A stretch of DNA of 61,553 bases, the filler included, from Hausera hauseri (Eukaryota): the NCBI GenBank assembly GCA_046269625.1. It is 9 parts of 9 records of this genome, joined end to end, with 100 filler letters (N's around TTAATTAATTAA, not from the genome) between each part and the next. Parts side by side here need not be neighbours in the genome. Positions count along the whole stretch, not along the records: positions 1 to 10,837 come from JBJURY010147756.1; positions 10,938 to 17,574 come from JBJURY010079769.1; 7 more parts are not named here. The stretch is one strand, 5' to 3'. Below the pieces are notes generated by a model. That model was given only the letters and a program-made list of their open reading frames with translations, was not told the origin of the DNA and did no database searches. Made by a program: the position numbers and the translations under genes. Positions within the stretch are counted from its first letter, which is position 1, and each line of letters begins with the position of its first letter. Shown one piece after another: positions 1 through 11,899 of this stretch.

Positions 1-564
1 AAATGTTATTTGTAGAAGTGGTATTAGAAGATTTCCTTGCCAATTATTTGTAAATGCATTAAAGTTATTTGAGATGTTGGAAAATTGACGTTAATGCATT
101 GTAAATATTATGTTTATATCTACCTGCTACTATATAAGCAGAAGGCAAAAGAGAAGAGATCAGAAACAAGTTATCAACTTAGGTTCGCAATTATCAACTC
201 TCTGTTAAAGACTTATTGACTTTCTTGTGATCGACATTATTGATATCGTGTGTGGGTGAATAAAGGTTATTACTATCATTGTTGTGTTGTAAAATCTATA
301 GATTTTCATCGTCTCTAAAAGACGATTTGTACTCCACTAAGGTTAAATTATCACTTAAAATCACAGTTAAGACAAGATTTTCTTTAATTTGAGGCAAGCA
401 TCTAAACGCACGCAGTATTCGCAATTAGCTCAAATTCTTGTAAAATATTAAGGCACAAGCAGATTACTAGGAGAACGAGTAATCTTAACCTGCTGATTCA
501 GCGATTAAAACTCGGAATAATATTGTTTTATTGGGAGAAGGTAAGGACAACCCCAACTGTAACA
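1..564 (+). repeat. 5' LTR (family A, 5'-truncated) of the contig-1 Gypsy element
   Basis: Ends in ...CCCCAACTGTAACA just before a PBS; TATATAA at 131-137 and AATAAA at 259-264; homologous to the reverse complement of 28705-~29260. Confidence 0.85.
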
Positions 565-568
565 TACT

Positions 569-586
569 TGGCGACCCTAGAAGGAC
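569..586 (+). promoter_or_regulatory. Primer-binding site, probably tRNA-Arg type
   Basis: TGGCGACCCTAGAAGGAC 4 nt after the LTR end; near-identical copy (TGTCGACCCTAGCAGGAC) on the - strand at 28084-28101. Confidence 0.8.
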
Positions 587-941
587 AGTTTGTACCTCGC
601 TAGACTTTACTCTTGAGAAACCAATTAACGAAATACCGGCGAATAGCGCCATTTACATCAAGTAATTGATATAATGAGAATCGAGAATTAAAATTTGGGA
701 TTATAAGTTGATAGAGGGAATTAACTAAATTGAATTGACAGCAAACATTGATAGACTTAATTTGAATCAAAATTCATTACTAAACGGTCAAAAGGAATTT
801 AATAGAAGAGAAACATGAAATAGACTTTATACTGAAGATAAGATAATAGATAAGCACTATCTGTCGGATGCCGAATTAAACTCTGTTAGAGAATTTAAAG
901 TTCCTCCTAAAACTAAGATAGACAAAACGAATAAAATTAAA

Positions 942-2022
942 ATGGCAGCAGATAATCCTGCGATAGCTCAGAAACTTGATATATTCACGTTCGACTAGTT
1001 AAATTTACCCGCATACGACGGTGACCCAGACAGATTAAATGACTTTTTACGAACTTATAAATTTCACTCAGAAGGTGCCAGCCTTGCGCCCGAAGTTATC
1101 ATTAAACGAATGTCTTTATATTTGAAAAATCTGGCCGCAGATGTCTATAGTGAACTTACTAATAATGAGAAGAAATCATGGTCCTCTGTAGTAGGAGTCC
1201 TAAATCGTAAACTATTGCCGACAGTCACGCCACAATAGAAGCCTATGGCCTTCCAGAACAGAACACAATAAAAAGATGAATCGGCTACTCAATTCGCTTT
1301 TGCGTTAAAGAAACTTGCTAATAGTTATGTAAGCACAATAAGGATAGCTAACGCGTCATAAGCCAATACAAATGAAGAACGTGAAGCGGCAGAAAAGGCT
1401 AGTCCTCCAGATTTGGATGTCATGATGACAACGCAGTTAATAAACGGTATATGGTCTATGGATTTACTTAAACAACTAATTTTGGCCCGACCAGACAATT
1501 TCGAGGCGGCATTACAATTAGCTCAAAACTTGGAAATGGCATTAGATAGATATGCCAGACAGAATGAAAGTATGACCGAATAATGATCGTGACAACCGAG
1601 ACAGAAACCGCAACAATAGAAGATTTAATGAAAATAATAAGGACCGAAGCTATGAGAATAGAGTTCAAAACCTCTCCAATCGCAGCACGAGATATGACAA
1701 TAGGAACTTTAATGATAATCGGAATATATATAATCCTTATAACAAAACAGGTTATAATCCGGATAGAAACCAGAATAATGACCGAAGTAATAAAAACCGA
1801 TATATAGATAATCGGAGTTTTAAAAATAGAAATAACTGATTCGATAAACAAGCTCAAGGCAAAACAATTGGTAGACCCAAATCACCAGTAAATGAAGATG
1901 GAAGACAAAGGATTGGTCGAGACGGAAATCTAATTTGTTATTCATGTGGTAAGGAAGGTCACATAGCTAGATCATGCCCTAATCCACGAAGTGTATCATT
2001 TGCGGAGACTAATAATGCTAGC
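942..2022 (+). pseudogene. gag: Gag (capsid-like region, N/R/D-rich linker, CCHC zinc knuckle)
   Basis: AQKLDIFTFD*LNLPAYDGDPD... aligns with the open Gag at 27051-27820; CYSCGKEGHIARSC at 1936-1977; several nonsense codons and one indel near 1575. Confidence 0.85.
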
Positions 2023-5000
2023 ATGATAAAGGATAATTTGGAAGGAATTTACGGGAAACGAGGTGATATAAGCATGATTATCGAGATGCAAGACTTACGA
2101 AGATGTGTAAGAAATATGGACGAATCTAATAATCCACAAGTAATCAAGGCTAGGAAGGAATACAAAGAGAAGTTGCATCAAATGGAAGTTTATCATGGAT
2201 TAAGAAAACCAACAACAGAATACAAAAAGGCTATAGCGCCCAAGAATACTAATATGGCCAGAAAGAAAAACCTAAATCCAGTGGCAAAGCCAACTACGCC
2301 TCCAAGCTTAGATTTAGATGCAGATACTAAGGTTGCGCCTAAAGATAAGGACAAAGCAACAAATGAGGTTGAAAGCGCATTCATTGGCCCACTGATACTT
2401 AATATAACGAAAAATAGAGGTAAAAGCCCCTCTCTTAGGAGAAGGTCGAGAACTCGTTCACGATCACCTACCATAAAGGATATAGAAAAAGCGGAAGATT
2501 TCACTATCACTCTAAGAGATGAAACAGAGTTAGACACTCCGAAAATAACGAACATTCCGAACATTAATGAGATAAATGAAATATGTCCGTTACCATTTAC
2601 TGAGGAGTCAAAAGAGGAAGAGTCCATTAAATTTACAAAGATCAGAAAATCTTGGAAAAATGCAAATGATCTAACAGAAATAAGAGACACTTTGAACGAT
2701 CCCGGAAGACTAACTGAGAGCTTACAAAAACTGCAGCAAATGAGCAAGCAGTTGGACATCTCAGGAAAAGAACAACAATTCATAGAGAAGTTATATAAGA
2801 AGTTGAAAACCGACATCCAGAAAGGAGAAGAAGATATACGGTATAAACTGCACGAAACGTCGCAAGATTTGATAAGAACTTGGCAAAATAAATTAGAACT
2901 GTGGACAATGAATAATATTGATTTTACGAAAATATGGTGGAGTAAAACTGAACCGTTTCTCGATCAAATTAATCAAGCGCAAGGATTGTTAAACACACTA
3001 AAGGGTAACCCAAAATTAAGGCGCCTAAAACGTAATTTAAAAGGATTGATGCGTGAGATAGAAGAAGCAATAATTTCTTATCTCCATAACAAGGCAGTTT
3101 ATAAACTGACAAATACAGACCTAGAAATACTGAATATAGACCAAACAGACATTTTCTTTCTATTGGAAATGTGCAACTTAATAAAGCATAAACCTCAGAA
3201 ATATCCAGATTTAAAATTACGTATCGGAAAAGAAAATGAAATATGAGCCAAAATTAACGACTTAAAGATCGGGATAGTGAACGTTGAAAACATAAAACTA
3301 AAGAGAATAATATACGCTTGTCTACTCGAGTTAGATGAATATAAGGAAGAATTCAACTACACGAAACAAATCATAGAATTTGTACGAGGATCAGATCACG
3401 AACTAAAGGAGGCTTTTGAGACTTTGGGCGAAATTATATACGCCAAACCAGAAGTATCTGAACAATTAAAGAAGTGGATAAAATTGTTACTCTCTATAGG
3501 CAAAGTGATTAATGAACGACTAAGGGAGTTCGCAGTGGTTGAACCTATAATGAAACACCAATTAGAAGAAATGCTACTAGATGTCGGCACGATGGAAGAC
3601 GAAGCAAAATTGCGAATTAAACTCGAATCATTTCGAGAACTTCAGTTTATGAATAAGGAGCAGGATATGACAACACTAACAGAAATGTATACTATGATAG
3701 AAGAGAAAGACTTCTACAGGAAAAGAAACAAGTTAAGTGATCTTCAGCGAAGTTTAGTAAACATCCGTTGGGAAGGAATACATAACTTAATGCAAAAACC
3801 GTTAAAGGAGATCTCGGTACAAGAAATAGAAATATTAGAAGTATGTAATGACCACCGGATTGCTCTCGCGCAGACACTGCAATATATACAGAATCCAGTT
3901 GAATGGTCACCAGGCTTTGACCTACATTGCCATTCTAAACTAACGGAAATTAGAAATGACCCACAACTGACAAGCAATGAAGCCCAATTCATAAGTAGGC
4001 TGATGGATGCAATAAATCCAAACGCCGAAGTGTTAAACCAAACGTATAAATTAATCTCACTATTGACAGAAATGGCGGAAATTGACGAAGGAATAGTGAA
4101 AAGATTGACAAATCGGATACGTCTGATAAAAGAAACCCGGCTACGTTCTGAGAAAAGACGACGCGAATTGAACGAAATACTAAGAGAAACAAAATTTTAT
4201 AAGAATAAATATTCCCTCACGGAATCAGAATTGATTGATAAACTAGAATTTGTACAGAAATGGCAAAGAGATAGAATATCCGAAGTAACTAATTATCAAG
4301 AAAAAGCTTTGATACAACCAAAGGTAATGTGTCGATTAATAAAACTGATACAACAAGCTTGTGGAAACGGTGATGGATTTAGGGTATCCATCATGAAAAC
4401 TCTACAACCGCAATTAAGCGAATTACGAGAAAGAGTTCAAGTTGAACATGCGGCACTAATGAACTATAAGTTACCTGGCGTAGAAAACGAAGCCGACTGG
4501 GATGAATACCTCCAAGGTCTAACCGAACAAAGTCAAAGAATTCCAATACATATTTATGAGTCACCTACTGGTGCACAGAAGACAAAATTCGACGTGCAAA
4601 TGCTGCTTGATTCCGCATTAGCTGTAAAGGAATTAAGCAATGTATTGAAAATAAACATAAGTGAATAAAAGTTGAAGAAATTGATTCCAACCTTAACTAA
4701 GTTATCCAGTAAAAACACTGCATATAGTGCAGTAACTAAACTTCTAATAAAAGAATACGCTAAACTATTGAAAAATAAACCAGAAGCGTAAATTAAAGTA
4801 AAAGTATCATCGGAAATAATGGACGACGAGGAATTTCAATGTACCACCTATACTACCATTGGGGATATAAAACAATAAATAATGGATAAAGATAATAGAA
4901 AAGAAGTTAATTATCGACTACATTTCAGAGGCAGAATATTAGATGAGCCAGAATTTCTAATAGATGTATGGATTATACCCCTTGAAGAAAATCCAATAAT

Positions 5001-5460
5001 AGCAGTTATCAACAGTGAGCAGACTAAAGACAAAGCCATAAGAAAGGCACATACAGAACACTGTTTTGGGAAAATTATGGGAATTCAGGATGCCGCAATG
5101 TACTTTGAATACTTACAGGCGGATGATGACAAACTGCAATACGATAAAAATTTGGTCCCGCTGAGTGTAACCGTACCACCAGTAAAACCAAAACGGCCAG
5201 TCGGAAGACCAAGAAAAATAAAAGAAGTAGATTATAATGCAGATTTGATTAGGGAACTGAGACAACTATCAGTACCTACTCCGAGCTCAGATAACGAAGA
5301 ATTGATAGAACTAATGAAAGATTTAATTAGGATAGTAAACTATACCGGACTCCAAGGCGACATATTGTCCGAAAAAGAAAGATTGATATATAATATAGCA
5401 CGGACCATGAAAACTTCAGATTTAAATGATTTAAAAGCACCCTCCCTGACAAAACAGTGA
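2023..5460 (+). pseudogene. ~1,100-aa charged, helical/coiled-coil-like region of unknown function, in frame with the Gag zinc knuckle
   Basis: ORFs 2023-3246, 3277-4668 and 4882-5460 share one frame with the knuckle and are separated only by single stop codons; rich in E/K/L/I/Q. Confidence 0.7.
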
Positions 5461-7552
5461 TTGACAGAATTATGACAGATAATACAACGGAAGAATTAAG
5501 GAAAGTCCTGATATATTTGGCGGTAAGAACTAACCCTCATCGAGAAAACGAATTTGAAAAGACAATTGGATTGGCTAGAAAAGCTGCGAGAAGAATACCT
5601 AAAGAAGTAAAATGGACTAAATTGTTTGAAAAAGAGGAAAATGAAAAAGGGAATAAGTTAGAAGATATGATACGAAATATCTGTTTAAATATAAGCAATG
5701 AATCCAACTGGTTAGTCAATCTACTAACAATAATAATGCTAGTGCAACAGCTAGGAGCAGTCACTATCTACGACTGTGATAAATTTAAGATGGATCAAAG
5801 ATATTCTCTAATGGATCTGAAAGCGTGTGAAGATGCCAGACCACACAAGTTAGAAACAAGAGAAAAGAATTACTTCCTATATCAGCAACAAGAACTGATA
5901 TCGCTAGACGGAATAGAATGTATGTTACGACGGTCCCGCAGTATTTTTCATTGTGGATTAATACACAAACATTCTTCCATAATCAAACCAACAACTCCTC
6001 CAATTCATATGAATTTGGAACGACAGCATTGTAAACAGGCTAGAGAGACTGGAAGAGTACAGTGGGATAATATGGATTTAGAAATGCAAGTTGGCAAAAT
6101 TATCAGGGCATATAAAGTGGTAGCTGGAAAGTTAGGCATGCATACGGGACACTGTAATGGAGCGGAATATAATACCGGAAAAGGGATAGAACCAAATATA
6201 GTAGTAGTGGATTTCTGCGAATCAAAAATGAAATCACAAAAAGCAATGTTTCATAGTGTCACCAAATTATACACGGAAAACCAGAAATGCCATGTACAAG
6301 ATGGAACCTGTGCTTTTAGAAGCTCGGTTATAATATGGGAACCTCCCTCAGGAAGAAGCTGTAATTTTATTAAAATAAAAGAACTCAAGTTTAATGAGAC
6401 CACCGGAAAGAGATACGTGGATAAACTAGATACCAATTCAAGGACACGCGAGGATGTATTAGAACATCCGACGCCCACCATATTAATCTCCGATCAACAT
6501 GGACTAAAGTTTATTAAGAAGGAAATGATGTCACGTTGCGATGTGGTAATGTTTGCTACTAACTACGAAGCATTCTTCGTAGCAGAAACTGAAATAAATG
6601 CGAGAACTTATCCGTTAGAAACACAAGATATCAGGATTGAGGACTACCTGAAGAATAGAAACGATTATTTCTATTACAAAGGACAAACTGGGATAACTGA
6701 GTTGTGCCACAAAATGATAACAAATGGCTGTAAGTTGGATACAGAGATCATGAGGACAAAACTGGCCCTTATATATGCCAACCAAGAACTGGCTTCGCCA
6801 ATAATTCCTATGAGAGAAGGAATTTTTAGTTGAGTCACAGGTGAAGTATTACTAACTTACGAATGTGAAAAGAGAGATGTATTCATCAATGTAGAAAAAA
6901 AACGTTGCATCCAGGAACTTCCAGTTATTTATCAAAACGTTCCCAGATTAGCTACACCACTGACAAGAGTATTATTAGATAACGCAACCCAACCTACTGT
7001 TCTTAAAGATTGTAAAGCGAGTTTAAGAGAACCCATGTTTAGGCTGGGTCAGCTTAACAAATGGAGATATTACTGCTACCCCAAGTAAATTGACTTGAAC
7101 AAATCTTGCGAAAGGAATTACAGACGATAAATTTCAAGACACCTCATCGAAAGGCATATATAGGCCTAAAGAGATTGAAGAATTTAGACAATTTCTCGCT
7201 TTTCCGTGACAGCGAACGCACGAATTAAATCGAGCCATGGCCTCGGTTGTAGACGACACACGATATCAGGCTAAATGGGAATCCCTTCTTGGTGCTAATC
7301 ACTATCAGAGTGACGTCAGAAATATTGTATAAGATTTGGGGAAGATTTTTAATTTTTGGACAAGCTGCATCGGGATTCTTAGCCATCTACTTCTTAGTAT
7401 AATTAATTAAAGCCGTAATACAAACTGTTATAAACGAATATAAAATATTCACATTGACAGGTTTCTCCTGTAAGATTATAACTCCAATTATCACCCCTTT
7501 TGGAAAAATGCTTAAAGCGTACGAAGAAAATCGATGGAAAAATGATGTATAA
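5457..7552 (+). pseudogene. env: Envelope glycoprotein, chuvirus-like (class III fusogen type)
   Basis: Internal signal WLVNLLTIIMLVQQLGA followed by VTIYDC; ECMLRRSRSIFHCG, VAGKLG...HCNG, VTGEVLLTYEC...RCIQELPV...TPLTRVL; membrane region IWGRFLIFGQAASGFLAIYFLV*LIKAVIQTVIN. This Cys/motif pattern is that of chuvirus-type glycoproteins. Stops and frameshifts after 6833. Confidence 0.75.
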
Positions 7553-8146
7553 CGTCATGTTAGATATTACAATCGCAAAGGAAGGGGAAGACCCTCGATT
7601 CTTAATAAACGCAAAAATAAAAAGACAATAATGCGGAAATACGACTTAGATGATGACGAGCCTAAGGGAGGAGAAGGAAATGCCAGAATAAAGTTACACA
7701 GTAAATATGTACCAATACCCATCATGCTACCAACTGCGCCGATTTACGAGGACTGCGATCAAAAGTCAGTCATATCCTACAGATCTGATACCTATCGAAC
7801 ACCTATAGACTATGAAGACCCTTATGGAAAAACAAAACAATATGGAGTATTACGGAAAATGGACGTTATCAACAAAGGACTAGCAAAAAATGACCACGGA
7901 ATATTATACTCGAAAAGGATACCTTGTCACATAGAATCGAAATCAACGATCTGGGAAAACTCGAAGTTATGCTCAATCCCAGGTCCTTTACCTCAAGAAC
8001 CGCTCATCGACTACCGCGTCACGGAAATAACAACTAATGATTTGTACCCGAATGGAAAATTATGACAATTAAGGCAGGATATCATTTCATCGCCTGAAAT
8101 AACGATAAATGGACATAGAATCTCCACTATAAAACGGTCCAAGATA

Positions 8147-8520
8147 GTGTCAAATTGCTACGGAACAGTAGCAGAAGGAAGACCCTTCGCCAAAATACAC
8201 ATCGAAGATTGGGAAGTGTATGCGTTAATCGACACAGGATCAGAAAAATCGTTTATAAAATATGAATCGATCCTAACCACATTGCTAGACCAACTATGTC
8301 CATCCGCATCATCGGACCTAGGCAGCGTAGGTGCATCTGGACAGGTATCAAAGCTGAAATTTAAGTAGACTCCTACCGTTTATATGATGGGCCAAGCACT
8401 TCCACATGAATTTGCGGTAATTGACCAATTAATAGACGATGTAGTACTGGGTTGTGACGTATTAAAACTGATACCAGGTATGGCAATTGATGTGCTTAAT
8501 GGAAAATTAATTAAGCTCTA
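8147..8520 (+). pseudogene. Retropepsin-type aspartic protease
   Basis: VYALIDTGS (D at 8231) and downstream DVVLGCDVL; one TAG at 8366. Confidence 0.85.
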
Positions 8521-9039
8521 ACCAATAAAAGGGACAAAAGTAATAAAGAAAAGGAAATCAGGCGAAGTATGGATTCCAGTAGATGAGGACATTCTGCATA
8601 AAACTGAAATGATAATTTTTGCACAGATTCACCAAGACGAAGATCTACCGGTATATTTCGAACCGCAACAGAATATCGATCCAAATCTCATGCTTAGTAA
8701 TATTCTATGTAGAGTAGTGACGGGACGAAAACCAATCAGATTAGTGAACAGTGCACCAACTCCTATACGATTGCACGCTAACACTACTCTAGGTCACACT
8801 TGTAGAGTATCGGCGGTAACAATTAATAAAAACCACACAAGTGCGCTGAATTTCCGCCTCATGTTGAAACCAAATTCTCTCCAGAAGCGTATTGGAAGTT
8901 CTACGAATTATTATGTAAATACAGCTCAATAATTGCGCAAAACAAAGAAGACATAGGTAGAGCAAAGGCTGTAAGATTAAGTATTCCATTAAGGAAGAAA
9001 CCAGACTCAAATGACGAGATCGATCTAGAAGAACAAAAA

Positions 9040-10837
9040 ATGCCAAAGTGGTACCCGCCTCCTCATTCATTGAGACCGGAGATAACTAAAGAAGCAGAGC
9101 GAATGTTAAAGGCCGATATAATTCGACCAAGTTACCGATCATGGTTCTCGCCTATAATCATGGTTAAGAAAAAAGGAACTACAAAACATAGGTTTTGTAT
9201 AGATTATCGCGCATTGAACACGTTGATGATGAAAGACTCGTTTCCATTACCGTCAGTAAAAGAAGCTTTAGATAGACTATCAGGAGCAAAATGGTTTACC
9301 ACTCTCGACTTACAATCGGGATACTGGCAAGTGGAAATAGAAGAAGAAGATCGATATAAAACAGCGTTTAAAACGCATGATGGTGTATACGAATTTAATG
9401 TTATGCCTTTCGGCATCACTACCGGACCAGCTATCTTTACTAGAATGATGAATAAGATGCTCATGGGACTTGATCATGCTTTCGCGTACTTAGACGACGT
9501 GATGATAGCATCAAAAACAGAAGAAGAACATTTAAAGGACATTGAAGACACGCTTATGCGATTAGAACAAGCCGGATTAAAACTAAATCCGAAGAAATGT
9601 AAATGGGCACAGAATGCAGTCTCGTACCTCGGACATATAGTTGGAGAAGGAGGATCAAAACCGGATAAATCATTGTTAAATAAAATATCAGATTGTATAG
9701 AACCACAAAACCAAAAGAAGTTAAGGCATTGGTTAGGCCTATGTGGGTGTTATGGCACTTACGTACCAGATAACTCAAAAATTAATGCACCATTATATCG
9801 TTTACTCAAAAAGGGAAATAAGTGGAGATGGACAGAAGTGGAACAAAAAGCATTCGATGAAATGAAGAAGGTTCTGACAAGCAAACCAGTTTTAAGATAT
9901 CCGGACTTTAACTTACCATTTATTATTAAAACAGACGCAAATAAAGAAGGCATAGGATACGAATTAACTCAAAAACGCGAAGATGAAGAATTAGAACATC
10001 CAATAGCTTATGGCGGACGCTGATTAAAGAAAGCAGAAAAAAATTATTCGGTTACCGAACTGGAGACATTGGCAGTTCAGGAAGCACTACGACACTTTAA
10101 TGTCTATGTCTACGGACAAAGGATTATAATAGTGACGGATCACAAAGCAGTTACAACACTAAAAGGACGAGCTAATAACCCAGCATGCAGATTAAACCGT
10201 TGAATAGAGGAAATTTCACTATATAACATTGAATTTCAATACAAACCGGGTAACAAGCACGTCGACGCTGATGCACTCTCAAGGTTAAAAACAAAACGAG
10301 TGCGATCGCTACATTTAAAAGACCACAACTTGCACAGCTGATTGAACGACAAAGAACTCTAATATCGGAGAAGACAATTAGAATTACAGCTGAGCAGGCT
10401 AAAGATACGGTTATTTAGCAAATTATTGAGTTCGTACAAAACGACAAAATACCAAAAGGACGGCAATTGAAAAAGCATCTACAGAAATACAAACATAAAT
10501 ATCATGTATCGGATCAAAATAATATTTTGTATTAAGAAAGAAAAGGAAAAAGACTAATAGTTATTCAAAAGGGATTGCGTGTCGAAGTACTTACGGCCGA
10601 ACACGATTCATATTTAGCCGGACACATGTCTTGGAAGAAGACATTGGAAAGGACACTAAATAAATACTATTGGCCAAGCATCTATATTGATGTAAAGAAT
10701 TGGGTAGGCGCATGTGAAGTTTGTGCGACAAAACAAAAGAAGACAAAGGGCTACATAGCAGAATTAAAACCTATAAACGTACCAGACAGGCCCATGCAAG
10801 CCATGTCTATGGATATAGTAGGACCGTTGCCGAAAAC
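9040..10837 (+). pseudogene. pol: Pol: reverse transcriptase, RNase H and integrase N-terminus
   Basis: RFCIDYRALN, LDLQSGYWQV, MPFG, YLDD (9487), KTDA, NYSVTELE, VTDHK, ADALSR, H-x6-H...CEVC, SMDIVGPLP; internal TGA stops. Confidence 0.95.
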
Positions 10838-10937
10838 NNNNNNNNNNNNNNNNNNNNNNNNNNNNNNNNNNNNNNNNNNNNTTAATTAATTAANNNNNNN
10901 NNNNNNNNNNNNNNNNNNNNNNNNNNNNNNNNNNNNN
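10838..10937. other. Artificial contig linker (also at 17575-17674, 22870-22969, 26951-27050, 32271-32370, 39841-39940, 47464-47563, 52628-52727)
   Basis: Identical N44-TTAATTAATTAA-N44 spacers with stops in all six frames. Confidence 0.98.
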
Positions 10938-11602
10938 TTCTCTCCAGGTTTTTTGCCATTGGTGCCAGCGCTCCCAGCTCCATTGTAGTTAGCTTTGAAA
11001 GGCTGCTCGGCAGAGTCTGTACCTGGGCTCACTTCGGAGGCTTTACTGATTGGCTTCACCTCAGCATAAGGTCCACGTGGTTTACCAGGAGCTGGGATTC
11101 GACTCGGCTTACCCATGTTTGAAGCTACTGCCGGGAAGCCAAAGGATTTGGGCTTACACTGGAATAGAGACTGTTCTGACTTTGAAAGTGTCCGAGACAG
11201 AGGTGGTCTCCCGCCACCTGCTTGACCTGCCTTGGTCTGTCCGGCTTTGTTTGACCCTGTTCCAGGACGGCTTGCATCATCGTTCCATCGAGGGGATTGG
11301 TACAGGTGCAGCTTCTTCTCAGCGTCGGTGAGCACACACAAGTTGCCAAGTGACCGCTGCTTGCGGAGCCTGGAAGGATTGTGGACTGGAATGGGAATAG
11401 ATCCAGAGGTGGGCCGATACACCTTGAGCTCTGACCCAGAGGGACGAGAAGGCCCCTGGGACAGAGCGAAGGCCTTGACCTGTGGCTTCTTGGAGGCCAT
11501 GGCCTGGGTTGAAGTGTCCTGGCAAGAGACAGCAGTGGACCTCAGGTCCAGCTCTCTGGGCTTAGTTGTCATGCTAATGTTAGCCACATTAGCCTCCAGC
11601 AT
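10938..11602 (-). CDS. nav1: Teleost neuron navigator 1-like N-terminal coding exon (fish DNA; 3'-truncated)
   Basis: LRKQRSLGNLCVLTDAEKKLHLY, PLSRTLSKSEQSLFQ and GKPSRIP...GPYAEVKP match vertebrate NAV1; acceptor ttcctacag just upstream (exon starts 11607); much higher GC than the rest of the window. Confidence 0.85.
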
Positions 11603-11899
11603 CCCTCCTGTAGGAAGAAAAGCAACAGCATCAGTCATCCACCAGAAATGCACACACACCAGCTGATTAAAGGAACCAGAGAAAAGAAGGGGACAAAGAA
11701 ATGCGTAAAGACACAAAGGCTGACTGGTTGTCGCCCCCTTTTACCCCAGGGTCATGACTGAGTGAGCCAGACTCCCTGCAGTGTGAGACTGTGGGTTCAC
11801 TTCTTTGCTAAAAATGATGAGTGGTGTTAGTAGAGTGACAGTCATACTCACTGCTGATAATCCATGGATTTGCAGATCCCTGTCCAGCACCAAAATCCA

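Larger units (their letters stand above)
1..10837 (+). mobile_element. Large degenerate Ty3/Gypsy-type LTR retroelement, order gag-X-env-PR-RT-RH-IN, 3'-truncated at the contig end
   Basis: LTR, PBS, gag with CCHC knuckle, glycoprotein, DTG protease, YLDD RT, RNase H and HHCC integrase N-terminus in PR-RT-RH-IN order. Confidence 0.9.

Noticed and set aside
451-500. Twister or hammerhead ribozyme in the LTR (GGCACAAGC...TAACCTGC)
   Set aside because: Could not form the twister P4 stem or pseudoknots, and no CUGANGA/GAAA core; kept only as an unnamed conserved hairpin.
1468-2816. ORFs 1468-1857(-), 1583-1807(+), 2193-2816(-) and similar short overlapping ORFs throughout
   Set aside because: Antisense or off-frame shadows of compositionally biased retroelement coding sequence.
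942-10300. Alternative genetic code (TAA/TAG = Gln or TGA readthrough) suggested by in-frame stops at Gln positions
   Set aside because: All three stop types occur, at positions expected to be Gln, Ser, Arg and Trp, alongside frameshifts. The homologous Gag at 27051-27820 has sense codons there. Ordinary mutational decay explains it.
1-10837. Vertebrate endogenous retrovirus from the fish
   Set aside because: RT motifs (RFCIDYR, SGYWQV, MPFG, YLDD) are Ty3/Gypsy type, the glycoprotein is not a class I SU/TM env, and composition matches the AT-rich genome.
10838-10937. TTAATTAATTAA as a biological motif, or gene neighbourhoods across N gaps
   Set aside because: Artificial linker; adjacency across linkers carries no information.
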